Both the position numbers and the translations under genes were made by a program. Below are positions 24,636-37,990 of a stretch of DNA of 64,000 nt, piece by piece. This DNA is from Octopus sinensis. Taxonomy: Eukaryota. Below the pieces are notes generated by a model. It saw nothing but the letters and a program-made list of their open reading frames with translations. It was not told where the DNA came from and did not search any database. How positions within the stretch are numbered: the first letter of the stretch is position 1; each line of letters opens with the position of its first letter. The DNA is taken from contig NC_043005.1 in assembly GCF_006345805.1 (NCBI RefSeq), positions 23,808,001-23,872,000 of the forward strand, given 5' to 3'.

Positions 24636-27600
24636 CAGTAGTTTTTTTTATAGCGTGCTTTCACTTCACTACCGAGCGCAGCTCTGTGTGCCTTGGGTAT
24701 GTGCTGTGATTTGTTGTGATGCTCTGATGGTTATTGTATGGAAGTGTTCTGCGTAGGATGTGTGCGGTGCCTAGTAGTGCAATTTCTGTATGTTATATGT
24801 GTTTGTAAGTCCTGGTGTTTTTGTTATGTATTTGTCTGAATATTTTTTATCATGCCTAATGCACCTACTATGATAGGAATTGTTTCTGTTTTCAGGTTCC
24901 ACATTCTAGTTATCTCTATTTCCAGGTCTTTGTATTTTGAGAGTTTCTCCATTTCTTTTAGAGACACGTTGTCATCAGCCGGATTGATACATCAATTAGA
25001 AAGCATTTTTTTTCTTCATGATCTCTGACAACTATATCTGGTCTGTTCTCTTTCTCTATCTGTGTGTATCGGCATATCCCAGAGTATGGTTGCTTTCTCG
25101 TTTTCTGTGACCTTTTCTGGTGTGTGCCTATACCATCTTTTTTCTGTTGTTATTCCATAATGTTGGCATAGCTTCAATGTATGTAGGTTCCAACTCTGTC
25201 ATGTCTGTGAATATATTCCTTCTTAGCCAGGACTGGGCAGCTAGAGATAATATGATTTATTGTTTCTTGTCCATCTCCACATATTCTGCAGTTACTTGTA
25301 ATATTTCTTTTCATTACATGTTTTTGGTAATTTCTGGTGGGGAGGCTTTGGTCTTGTGCTGCAATTAAAATCCCCTCGTTCTGCTTTGAGTCCTGAGCTT
25401 CTCAACCATTGCTGGGATTTTTCTTTGTCTATTTCTTTTGCGTTTAGTTTAGTGCAGTATTTACCATGAAGGGGCTTTTCTTGCCATCGTTTTATCATGG
25501 CTCGTTGCTGTTCTATTTTTAGTTTGGATTTCATTTGTTTTATAGCTTTTGTTGTTTCTTCATCATCTTCTTCTTCTTTGTGTTTATTAGGTGGTATGAT
25601 TTCTTGTTTGTATTTGTCAGCTTCCTTAAATACTGAGAACAGTTTTTGTTTTGCTCGTGTTTTGCTGCTATCTGGATCAGTTCCTTCCTTCTGAAGTAGG
25701 TATTTTTGCAGTCCTAGGTGGTTATTTTATAGTAGTTTTCCAGCTGTATAAGGCCTCTACCACCTTCTATACGTTGTATATATAGTCTTTCTATGTCAGA
25801 TTTTGGTGATGCATCCTAGATCCTGTCAGTATTTTTCTTGTTTCCCTATCTATTTTGGACAGTTCATTTCGTGTCCAGTTAAGGATATTGTAGCTGTAAC
25901 TTATAACTGGGACAGCTAAAGTGTTGATACCTATATCTTGTTTTTAGCATTGAGCTCTGTTTTAATATTGATCTAACTTGTCTATATATTCTTTTTTATT
26001 TTCTCTTTCATTTGTGTGTGTTGTGTCTTATCTAGTTCATGGATTCCTAAGTATTTGTAAGTTTTGGCTTTGGTCTAATTCTTTTATTTCATTGGTTTTA
26101 TCTAGTGTGATGTTGTTACTCTTAACTAGTTTTCCTCTTTCATGGTACTTTGGGCGCATTTTTCTAATCCAAATTTCATATCTATTTCTTTGGTAAATCC
26201 ATGAACTGTCTTTAATACTGTTTCCAGCTGTTTGTCATTTGCAGCGTATAGTTTTTAGGTCATCCATATATAAAAGGTGGCTGATCGTTTTGCCGTAACA
26301 TTTATATCCGCATCCAGTTCTATTTAGCATATCAGATAGAGGTGACAGTGCCAAGCAGAAAAGGAGGAGAGAGAGCGTGTCTCCTGGAATATTCCTCTTC
26401 TAATGGGGATGTCTTTGGTTTTCATGAGTCCCTCTTTTGTTTGGAGGTGTAGGACTGTTTGCCATTATTCATAGAGTGCTCTATGAATTTTATGATTGTT
26501 GGTGCTACTTGTTAATGGCTAGTGTTTCGAGGATCCATGTGTGGGGGATGCTATCAAACGCCTTTTTGTAGTCAATCCAGGCCATACTGAGGCTTTCTTC
26601 TTTCTGTGGCTGTCTTCAGTTACGGCTTTATTAATCATTAGCTGATCTTTACAGCCATATGAGCCCTTGCGGCATCTGGGGAACAGTTTGTTTTCGTCCA
26701 GGTGCTTGTTCAGCCTTTGCGATATCACTGCAGTAAATGCTTGAACATAGTAGGGAGGCAGGTTATTGGTCTGTAGTTTTCTGGTTTTGTTGTTTCTTTG
26801 ATTTGGGAATTAAGATGGTTTTCCCCTTCGTGAGCCATTCAGGCATTGTCTCTGGCTCTGCTAGTATGCTGTTAAAGTTTTCAGCCAGCTTTTTGTGCAT
26901 TCTGTTAGATATTTCAACCAGAAGTTGGGGATCTTGTCATGCCCAGGTGCCTCCAGTTGCTTAGTTTTTGCAGTGCCTGGGTGACCTCTTCAGTTGTTAT
27001 GGGGTCCAAAGTTGTTCAGATGCCGAGTTTGTTATTTTCATACTCCTTTTTTTGGCTGTTCGTTCGCCGACCATTTCTCTCCAGAATTCTTCCAATTCTT
27101 CTGCCGTTGGTGCTGCAGTGACTTCTATTTTATTTTGCCCAGTTCTGGTAGAACTTTTGGGGTCGGAGTTGAACTTTTTGTTCTGTTCAAAGAAGCGTTG
27201 GCGTTTCTCGTACCGGCGGATCCTTTGAGCTTTGGCAAGGATATCTTGCTTCAGCTTTTTTTTATCTCCGGCAAATCTTTTTCTGTGTTATATTTGCGGA
27301 GCATTTTTGTTCTCTTTTTGTTGCTCAGTAGCGTTGCTTGTTTGCTGATTTCATTAAGAATCGAAGGTCTTTTCTAATTTTTTTAATTTGTTTTGGATGT
27401 TATTTAACAGGGTTTGTTTGGGTGGTGGTACTCCTGTTTGGGCGGGTTTGGGTGAGTATCCAGCTTCTTTTGTGGCTGCAGAGGCTGCTGCGTATATCAA
27501 GTCATTTAGTTCAGTGATATCACTTTTTTTTGTTTCAGTGGCTAGTTCAGTGACGGCTAGGTTTATGTTGTTTATAATTGGTGTTGTTATTGCGTTTATT

Positions 27601-28575
27601 TTTATTCTTGGGAGGTATGGTCGGTGGTTCATTTTGGGCTCTGTGGTTTTCAGTTCTTTGATTATTTTATTTTTATTATCATAATCATTAGGCTCCCCTT
27701 CGTTGTTTACATCGTGTTTGTTGGGAATGTTGCGTGTGTCTTCGTGTTTTACAGTTTCAGTGTTATATTATTGGGCATTGTTGTGTGGCTTCTATCTACA
27801 TTTTCCTGGTGTATTTTTCTTTTAAATGTTCTATTTCTATTTCTGATATTTTTTGGCTTTGAGAATGTATCTTCGTACGTTAGCTATTTATTAGGGTTCA
27901 TTGCTGTATCCAAGTCTATATCTCTATTATTTTCCTTCCATATTTATATGTATGTGTTGTTGTATTTCATTTTGTGGGGTAGAGCATTGCTGTGAAGTAT
28001 GCGTGTAAGATAGAAATGTATTCCTCACGTGTCCATTTACGTCTTTTGGGTTTTAATTGCGGGACATGAGGTACAACGTCCGGCCCATTATTTTGACGGT
28101 CGTCATTTTCGTAGGGTACCGGTCCGTTTATTTCTGTTGTCACATTATTTCGCACGTGTAGTTTTTCGTACATTTTTTGTTGTAGGTTTAATGTACGTAC
28201 CGCTCGATTGTTATTTTGGGTTGAATAGTATCGGTGGCATTTAATTTCTTCGTAGTTCCTTTGTACATGGTGTTTGAGGTCGGGGATGATCGTGTTGTTC
28301 CACGCATGTTTACATGTGTTGTGTTAGAGGTGGAGATAATATCGAGTCAAAATACATCATTTCGTTTCGAAATAGTAATAAATTTCAATTCGTATTACTT
28401 ACTCGGATATAGTCCAATTCTTTGTTAGTAATCTTTGGCTCCATAGGGTGTCCTTGTTTTCGATGTTTGTGGATAGATTTCGGAGCTCTGTATTTTCCTT
28501 CTTACATCTTAACATCCCCGGTGTCTCCTCTTAAACGTCCCCGGGTCTCCTCTTAAACGTCCCCGGTGTCTCCTT
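24636..28575 (-). mobile_element. Near full-length (about 3.9 kb) R4/Dong-like element, family A; ORF disrupted
   Basis: N-terminal RRKWTREEY Myb-like motif, RT (YRPITCL, GCKDQLMIN, IDYKKAFDSIPH, GIFQ, YMDDLK), CCHC/RLE remnants and 3' UTR ending AAAACTACTG. (TAA)n on both sides. Confidence 0.92.
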
Positions 28576-28615
28576 ATTATTATTATTATATATTATTATT
28601 ATCATCATCATCATC

Positions 28616-28681
<66 letters not shown>

Positions 28682-28784
28682 GTATTTGTGTTGTTGTTTT
28701 GTTGTATGATGATTATTATTATTATTATTGTTGTTGTGTTGTTGTTGTTGTTGTGTTGTGTTGTTGTTGTATTATTTATTGTTA

Positions 28785-28820
<36 letters not shown>

Positions 28821-28853
28821 CATTAATATTATTATTATTATTATATTATTATT

Positions 28854-29313
28854 GAGTGAGAGAGCAATTCATGCCATCAAAGTGACACTTGGGTAAAATA
28901 TACGAAGCCCAATATACCCATCATGACTACCCGTCTGATAAAGGTACACCAGGCACATGCATCACAACCATATGTGCGCGACATGGTGATCTCATATCAA
29001 GATAAACAGCACATGACCTTGCAGGTGGGGCCCAGTTAGAATTTTCTTCAGGTTGAGTAGCCCATCCCGCTAAAAAGGTCCCTGAATAAGGGTTGCTTAA
29101 GGATGTTGATGGGCACACCCATGTTTCCAGAGGTGAATTATTCAAACCCAAAGAATCCCTCTCAACACATGGCTATGATGCTCCCCCACTACTTCTGCTC
29201 GTGATCAGATATGCACATATCATCAGCCATTAAGGGACATGCTCAACTGGTTAAAGTCAAACAACTGACAAGCAAATCTGTGGTATTGAGCAGAATATTT
29301 GCTGTAGCCCATC

Positions 29314-29314
<1 letters not shown>
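28854..29314 (-). mobile_element. Non-coding (TAA)n-embedded interspersed element, family C (5'-truncated)
   Basis: Reverse complement of 55530-55992; both copies end CTCTCTCACTC-(AAT)n. Confidence 0.75.
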
Positions 29315-29359
<45 letters not shown>

Positions 29360-29378
29360 GATGTTGTTGTTGTTGTTG

Positions 29379-29409
<31 letters not shown>

Positions 29410-29537
29410 AATTATTGTTATTATTATTATTATTATTATTGTTATTATTATTATTATTATTGTTATTATTATTATTATTGTTATCATTATTATTGTTATT
29501 ATTATTATCATTGTTATTATTATTATTATTATTGTTA

Positions 29538-29569
<32 letters not shown>

Positions 29570-29648
29570 GTTATTATTATTATTATTATTATATAAACAT
29601 CAACTGTGGAATTTTTCAAGGTGAAAGTGAGTCACCTTATTATTATTA

Positions 29649-29689
<41 letters not shown>

Positions 29690-29789
29690 GTTATTATTAT
29701 TATTATTGTTGCTGTTATTATTATTATTATTGTTATTATTATTATTATTATTGTTATTATTATTATTATTATTGATGTTGTTGTTGTTG

Positions 29790-29821
<32 letters not shown>

Positions 29822-30225
29822 GTTATTATTATTATTATTATTGATGTTGTTGTTGTTGTTATTATTATTATTGTTATTATTATTATTATTGTTATCATTA
29901 TTATTATTATTGTTATTATTATTATTATTGTTATTATTATTATTATTATTATTATTGTTATTGTTATTATAATTATAATTATTATTATTATTATTGATGT
30001 TGTTGTTGTTGTTGTTATTATCATGATTGTTATTATTATTATTATTGTTATCATTATTATTATTATTGTTATTATTATTATTATTGTTATTATTATTATT
30101 ATTATTATTATTGTTATTGTTATTATAATTATAATTATTATTATTATTATTGATGTTGTTGTTGTTGTTGTTATTATTATTATTGTTATTATTATATTAT
30201 TATTATTGTTATTATTATTATCGGC
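29315..30225. repeat. About 0.9-kb compound (ATT/GTT)n array with a higher-order repeat
   Basis: A patterned block recurs at about 29891 and 30047 (period about 156 bp). Confidence 0.9.
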
Positions 30226-30299
30226 TCGATTGATGAATATTTAAAATTTTAAAAAATCACTGAATAATTAAATCTGGTTTTATTCTGTTTATTTAGGCT

Positions 30300-30725
30300 T
30301 TAAATAATTGGTTTTAATTTTGGCACAGGGCCTACCTTTTTAGGGGTAGGAGGTTAGTCGATTACCCTTGTATTTGATCGACATTTTATTTTATCGATCC
30401 CGTAAAGATAAATGGCAAAGCCGGCCTCGACAGGTTTTGAACCAAAAACGTAGAATGCCGGAAGAGATGTTGTTAAGTATTTCGTCGGACGTGCAAACCA
30501 TTCTGCTATCTCGTCACGCCACTTTAAGCTTCTAATAATCGTTTCTACAATAGGAACAAGTTCTGAAATTTCAGTGGAGGGACAAGCCGATTACATCGAC
30601 ATAAGCACTTGATTGCTACATATTTAATCAACCGGAAAAGATCAAAGACAAAATCGACTACGGTGTAATTTGAACTCGGAACGCATTTTGTCCTGCGCGG
30701 TAACAATTCTATCAGCTCTCCGCCT
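30300..30725 (-). mobile_element. Two old, diverged Meta-like SINE copies
   Basis: Residual TTTATCGA.CCCG.AAAGAT.AA.GGCAAAG and AATTTGAACTC motifs at about 30385 and 30625. Confidence 0.6.
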
Positions 30726-31475
30726 TACATTAAGCTTTTAATAAATGCAAACTCTTCAAATAGAGCATACAATAAAATATATGCTTTGTCTGAGAAGTTT
30801 GTTTTGATAAAGAATAAAATTTTTGAATGACACAATAATGCACTATAATACAAGCAATGGACTATATTAACTATTGTAATTTAATCAGCCATAGTCTGAT
30901 ATGATATTTCGGAATAAAAAACTTCTTCTTCAGATAGCCCTAGGAATTGATGGAGTGACAAGCCGAACCGTTAGTTGCAGGCTCTATTAGTGTGTTCGTT
31001 CTGGCTATTCTAGTATGTTCTATGCCTGTTGAGATTTGCCATACTCGTAGACGCGCTACTCTACGCTAAGTTGGGTGCAGCTGAGTATGATTGTTTTACT
31101 GTATTTCGACACGCACTCGAACAATTATTCAAACACATGCATACATACCGGCACGATCACACACACGTATACAAAACACACAAACACACACACACACACA
31201 CACACACAAAATGTTTGCGAACACAAACATTCATAGAATCGAATCAATTAACACTGAACACTTTCCATCTGTGACAGAAATTTGATACTTTTTAATGACC
31301 GATTGCGCATCTTGCTTATTGTGGCTTTATTTATTATTACATCTACTTACCTTTGACTCTCTCACAGGCATACTAACACATGCTTGTAGACAAATAAAAG
31401 AACGTGTACACGCACACAAGCACGCACACACATGCACATACGCGCATGCGCACACACTCACACTGAAATACATTC

Positions 31476-32787
31476 TAGTAGAGGAAACACAACATCGTAT
31501 TAATACGGATCATGGTAAATTATCCATACTCACTCACTCACTCACTCACTCACTCACTCACTCACTCACACACTCACTCGCTTGCTCGCCCACTCGATCG
31601 CTCACTCGCTCACTCACTCACTCACTCACCCACTCATTCACTCACTCACTCGCTCACTTGCTCACGCACTGACTCATTCACTCACTAGTAGAGGAAACAC
31701 AACATCGTATTAATACGGATCATGGTAAATTATCCATACTCACTCACTCACTCACTCACTCACTCACTCACTCACTCACTCACTCACTCACACACTCACT
31801 CGCTTGCTCGCCCACTCGATCGCTCACTCGCTCACTCACTCACTCACTTACCCACTCACTCACTCACTCGCTTGCTCACTTGCTCACTCACTGACTCATT
31901 CAATCACTCGCTCACTCACTCGCTCATTCACTCACTCACTCACTCGCTCGCTCACTTGCTTACTCACTGACTCATTCACTCACTCACTCACTCACTTACA
32001 CACTCACTCACTCACTCGCTCGCTCACTCACTCACTCAATCACTTACACACTCACTCACTCACTCGCTCGCTCACTCACTCACTCAATCACTTATTCTCT
32101 CACTCATTCACTCGCTCGCTCACTCACTCACTCACTCATTCACTCATTAGCTCATTCACTCATTCACTCACTCGCTCGCTCACTCACTCACTCACTCGCT
32201 CGCTCACTTGCTTACTCACTGACTCATTCACTCACTCGCTCGCTCGCTCACTCACTCACTCAATCACTTATTCGCTCACTCATTCACTCGCTCGCTCGCT
32301 CACTCACTCACTCATTCACTCATTAACTCATTCACTCATTCACTCACTCGCTCGCTTACTCGCTCACTCATTCACTCATTCACTCATTTATTTGCTCACT
32401 CGCTCACTCACTCATTCACTCACTCACTCGCTCGCTCACACACTCACTCACTCACTTATTCACTGACTCATTCACTCGCTTGCTTACTCGCTCACTCACT
32501 CATTCACTCACTCATTCACTCACTCACTCACTCGCTCGCTCACTCACTCACTCGCTCACTCACTTACTCACTCACCCACTCATTCACTCACTCACTCGCT
32601 CGCTTACTCGCTCACTCACTCACTCATTCACTCGCTCACTCGCTCACTCACTCACTCACTCTCTCGCTTGCTCACTTGCTCACTCACTTACTTACTCTCT
32701 CACTCGCTCGCTCACTCACCCACTCACTCAATCACTCGTTCACTCACTCACACACTCACTCACTCACTCACTCACTCACTCACTCAA
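31476..32787. repeat. About 1.3-kb (TCAC)n/(TCGC)n tract with a duplicated unique leader
   Basis: The leader CTAGTAGAGGAAACACAACATCG...ATCCATAC occurs at about 31476 and 31684. Confidence 0.92.
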
Positions 32788-33053
32788 TAACACACGTGCA
32801 TTAACCAAATATCTCCAATGACCCATGTCTAGTTAATTTATTATTGGACCTGTAAAACGGATGAACTCTTCGCAGGGCGTCTTAGAATCAAAATAGAAAT
32901 ATACACTACATAATTGTGTGATGAGAGCTCATTCAACTACCTACCTACCTACCTACCTACCTACCTACCTACCTACCTACCTACCTACCTACCTACCTAC
33001 CTACCTACCTACCTACCTGCGTACGTGCGTGCGTGTGTGCGAACGTAATTACG

Positions 33054-33087
<34 letters not shown>

Positions 33088-33524
33088 TGCAAAGGCAGGA
33101 AAAATGTGTTTATTCAAAGGAACGTAATGTTTATGTAATCAACCGGTTACATTCTTTAAAAGTCATTCATAATGTTACAATATCATAAAAGTCATTCATA
33201 ATGTTACAATATCATAATTTCATGACTGGCTATTGTTGGTGAATCTATTAAGATTCCGTCACATGCGTTGTTGGTATCTGGGAAGGTAATAAGTGATTGT
33301 TATAGATAGTAATTGGGGATGTAATAGGAATTCTCAAATTGTTACGTTTCGTTTTATTGCCATTCACACACAGTCAATTATATACTAACATAAATACGTC
33401 CTTTAACGAATGTATTATCAATTTTCTGTATAATGAGTGTAAACACTAAGGGATGGCAAGTAGGTGGAGGACAAAACACACTAAAGAAGCGTATGCATGC
33501 ATACATACATTCATACACATATAT

Positions 33525-34065
33525 GGTGGCTGCCCCTCGTTATCGAGTATGGCCATTGCACGAAGCTTAATCAATGTTGTTATAGTGCAATGCCTGTGCA
33601 AGAAGATTTTTTTTTAAAGTGAGGAAAGGCTGTGCACTGAGTCAATCCCACTCACTAAGCAACAGCAGCCATAATCCGAAAAGAAGAACAAGTCAACATC
33701 ATCGGTAACCACTGAGCTGCAGGTTTTATGTCGGAGTTATCCCAGTTACCTGAGTTACCTTCTCCTAGAAGGATGCCCTAACAAAGGCTAGGAGTCCTTC
33801 ACTCCCAATGGTTTAACCGCGCGATCGGGTATTCAGTCCGATTATTTCTATGTCCCCGCGCATGATACAGCCTTAAGACATTTATTGGATGGCCGTTCAC
33901 TCTTAAGAGTTCCTCCGCCCTTTGACGGGTTTTGTTTTTCATCCCGCAGGGTGTCCAATAAACACCCTCCTCACCAAGCAAGCTTGCCGGTTTAGTCATC
34001 GACGACCCGACCATGCAACAGGTTGTATTGGGTTACATGTTACCAGTAGCACTCGAAAGTGACCT

Positions 34066-34067
<2 letters not shown>
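33525..34067 (-). mobile_element. Short non-autonomous RTE derivative (RTE-like 5' UTR joined to RTE 3' end)
   Basis: Its 3' end GCAATGGC..ACTCGAT.ACGAG..GCAGCCAC matches the RTE end at 35101-35135. The 5' part (GAGGGTGTTTATTGGACACCCTGCGGGATG) recurs at about 61700. Confidence 0.6.
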
Positions 34068-34134
<67 letters not shown>

Positions 34135-34261
34135 TCATACATACATGTCAGGATAAATGTTGCTGTATGGTTGTGACCGATTCCACATCTTGCTTATTCC
34201 TGTTTCTCTATTGTTTTATTTATTACTACTACATGCATACATACAATTATACATACATACA

Positions 34262-34631
34262 CAAGAACCCAGAATATGGTGGAAGCCATAGCTACTCATA
34301 ATAAAAGGGAGTATTGATGGAATGTACCAGTGCAAACCTCAATAAAATGTGAACACAATAGATCTGATATAATGATTTGTGTATACTTGTGGAAATCAGC
34401 CGACCAGCGGATGTTAACATAAAGCCGAAGGTCAGTGAAAAAGAGAACACCTATGCTGAACTGTTGAGAAATCTGCAGCTACTCTATCCAGACTACAAAG
34501 AGAAAGCTGATTCGAAGACTACAGATCCATTCCATGACTGGAACTATAAAAATTTGTAAAACTTTCCCGGGATTTTGTTTTATTTAAGTACATATGATCA
34601 TGTCTAGATATGCAAGTATATGCACGAGAAG
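34262..34631 (+). mobile_element. RLE-type non-LTR element, 3' fragment (family D) in (CATA)n
   Basis: WNVPVQTSIKCEHNRSDI...CILVEISRPADVNI...EKENTYAELL...RKLIRRLQIHS.TGTIKICKTF. Same 3' UTR as 63787-64000. Confidence 0.75.
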
Positions 34632-34798
34632 ACATACATACATAAATACATACATACACACACACACATATACATACATACATACATACATACATACATA
34701 CATACATACATACATACATGGCAAGAAATTTTGAAATGTAACTGAATGACATACATACATACACTCATACATGCATACATACACACACACATATACAT

Positions 34799-35027
34799 AT
34801 TTCTTTACTACCCACAAGGGGCTAAACACAGAGGGGGCAAACAAGGACAGACAAACAGATTAAGTCGATTACATCGACCCCAGTGCGTAACTGGTACTTA
34901 ATTTATCGACTCCGAAAGGATGAAAGGCAAAGTCGACCTCGGCGGAATTTGAACTCAGAACGTAACGGCAGACGAAATACGGCTACGCATTTCGCCCGGC
35001 GTGCTAACGTTTCTGCCAGCTCGCCGC
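34799..35027 (-). mobile_element. Meta-like tRNA SINE, same subfamily as 20958
   Basis: High identity to 20958-21187 throughout. Confidence 0.9.
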
Positions 35028-35100
35028 ATATACATACATACATACATACATACATACATACATACATACATACATACATTCATACATACATACATACATA

Positions 35101-35640
35101 GTGGCTGCTTTCTCGTATACGAGCAACGCCATTGCTAGAAAGAGTCATCGAAATGGATCATTGATGATGCAATATATATGACCCTTGTATGACTCTTGAG
35201 CACTGCCAAAGATTTGCACATTCTATTGCATAATACACAATGATGCTGATTGGTAGACGAACCAGGTGCCACTGTTTGAAGTCTCTTGACATGTATTTTC
35301 AATCCTCCAACTGAACAGCAGACCTTTCCACATGTTCTGTTGTGAACAATAGCCGTATCACAATTTACAAGGAGTTGACTCCAGTGATTTCTCTGATGGC
35401 TGACCAGGCCTTCATGACTCAAACATTTCCTCCTACAAATCACACATGTAAAAAACATCATTCCTTCATTTTCTATTGGTTCATTCTTTCTAAGCTTTCT
35501 CTTGATCTTCTCGTGCTTTATTATCTCTCTTTTAAACTTCGAACATCTACTGTACACTCTTTTCCTCCATCCCAATTACCATCTGAAATTCCTGTCTGTG
35601 TCAAAGTAGTTTTAAGTTAGTCTCAACAAAAATGTGTCAC
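35101..35640 (-). mobile_element. RTE-clade LINE 3' end with three C2H2-like zinc fingers
   Basis: ORF 35135-35575: WRKRV...KRKLRK...CVICRRKCLSHEGLVSHQRNH...CGKVCCSVGGLKIH...CVLCNRMCKSLAVLKSH, followed by a (TATG)n tail. Confidence 0.8.
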
Positions 35641-36766
35641 AACTATAAAATATATTGACGGAACCCTATCGACATAATTAAGTTAACTCTAATCCCTTTA
35701 AATTTTCTCTGACCCGAGGAAAAATCATGTTAGAATGTCTAGGTACAATTTGACATAATTCAAGCATAGATTAAACCCCACCATTGTCCGCTATGCACTG
35801 GTGTGAAGTAGAGGTCACCCTAGATATAAACTTTATAGTCATATCAGATATCAACATATCCCCATCAATTCACTTGGTGTCTTAAACTAACCACATGTAA
35901 ATAAATTAACTTAGTTCGCTTTGAACCACGCTTGGTGACAGAGCCTGAGTGAAAGATCACAGAAGATTGTACTGGGTTGCATACACAACTGCAAATACTC
36001 TGTGCATCAGAAACACGTGTCGGTCATTGAAACCAAGTAATTATGTTGTATGATCAGCTGTAAACTTAAAAGAAAAAATATTGATGATGTACCTGTTTCC
36101 GTGTTCTTTATAACTGTCTGAAATCTACACTTCTGATAATATTCATAATCCAGGGAAGCGAATCCGGATTTACCAATCGAAACAATTACAGCAAGATTGC
36201 TCATACTTAGAAACTATTGACGTTTAGTACTACTTGATATGGTTAGCCATAACCTGGAACATACCCGAGAGCTACCCACCTGGATAATTTTATCTCTATA
36301 CACTCAAGTTATATGTACAACACACTCTACACACGCATACAGACGTATATATGATGCATTATTTTTCATGATCTAACTTTTGTGCATTTTCTTGGCTGCA
36401 ATTTATTTGCTACGCAGGGTAAAATATGAGAGAATATTTCTTTGGAAAATTGCCAGGAGTCTTCATATATATATTCATGTAACTAGCAACGAATGCATTG
36501 CAAGTAGTCGTATAACTATTATGGAAGATACGCAGATTATAATACGAGTAAATATCAAGTTAAATGTTTCTGATTAACTACATTCTCATTCAACATACGA
36601 TTCTAGTGATACATAAATGTGCTACTATTTAGACATGTGCATGCATGCATACATACATACATACATACATACATACATACATACATACATGCATAAACAC
36701 ACACACACAGACACATCAAACATCATACATACATACCTCATAGATACATACATACAGGCACACACA

Positions 36767-36831
<65 letters not shown>

Positions 36832-37990
36832 CACATATACATACATCATACATACTTACATACACACGCATATATGTGTGTATGTTCGTGCGGGCGGATG
36901 TATACGCGTGTATATGTGTTTTGTGTGTGTTTATATTAGTTTGCTTACTATATTGCTTGCATCCATGCCCTTTATATGGCGTTTTCTTTCATTTATTTAC
37001 TTATTTATCTATATATTTAAAAAATTTCATCTTAAGTATGTGTATGTATGTCCTTTATGTATGTATGTGTATATGGGTTTTATGTATTATACTATTTGTT
37101 ACTGTGTCTTTTTAGTCGTCGTGTTGCGTAGTGTAGTTGTGGTGGTGTGTTATTGTTCCACTCGTGTTTTCTGTTGAGGCTTGGTCTGTTTATTATTATG
37201 TCTATGACCTCTGTAATCTAAGTGTCATGTCTGTTCTATGCGTTGATAATATCTTAATCTCTATGTTCTAATTGAGCATGTTAGTAGAACAAAGATGAGC
37301 TTTTCTACTCTTTGAGCTCCCTAGAGGTGAGATAACTTAGCGAAATAGACGTGGGTGGTATTTTTTAAAAATTTGCAATAGAATTGAAAATAATCATGTA
37401 AATAAAAACTGTGTATATCCTCTATATCGTTTTGTGCGCATTAAAATATTGCGTAATAAGGAATATGCAATTATATATTGATATTGTAGTTTCAGTAGAC
37501 TCAAACACTAACGAATATGTGTATTAAGTATTATATCAATTGTGATTGTATATTTTTCTATAATTTAGTGCACAGACAACAATAAAATTTAAATGCAATA
37601 AAAATGCAAATTATCCTTTCTTTTTTAAATAGCTCCTGTTGTTCCTTTTCGTTCCGTGGAATCTCCACGGTCCCGCTGATGAATATAAATGCAAATAACT
37701 ACACTGAAAACCGCCAAAACTCCCCAGTAGATACATTAACATAGTCTTTGAATAAACACAGTTTAAAATTTCTGAATTGAAATTAGATAACAACATCAAC
37801 AATCGAACCCAAGTTGGACATATGCTGGGGACCAGCTAATTTTTTCTGGAGACATTCTTTGTGATTTCTGAAATTCAACAAAATTCAACTTTCTATGCAG
37901 ACAATAGAATGACCTTAATCTGACAGCCGAATCGGACGGATTTGTGTACAAAGTTCTTTTTCTACGCTTGACTGAACTCTAAACAATAAT

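Noticed and set aside
35040-35110. RTE elements as (CATA)n-targeted
   Set aside because: The repeat is only at the 3' end, and RTE LINEs typically generate tandem-repeat tails themselves.
35990-36210. Possible minus-strand exons with AG/GT signals
   Set aside because: The larger candidate has stops in all three frames, and the 25-nt one has no support.
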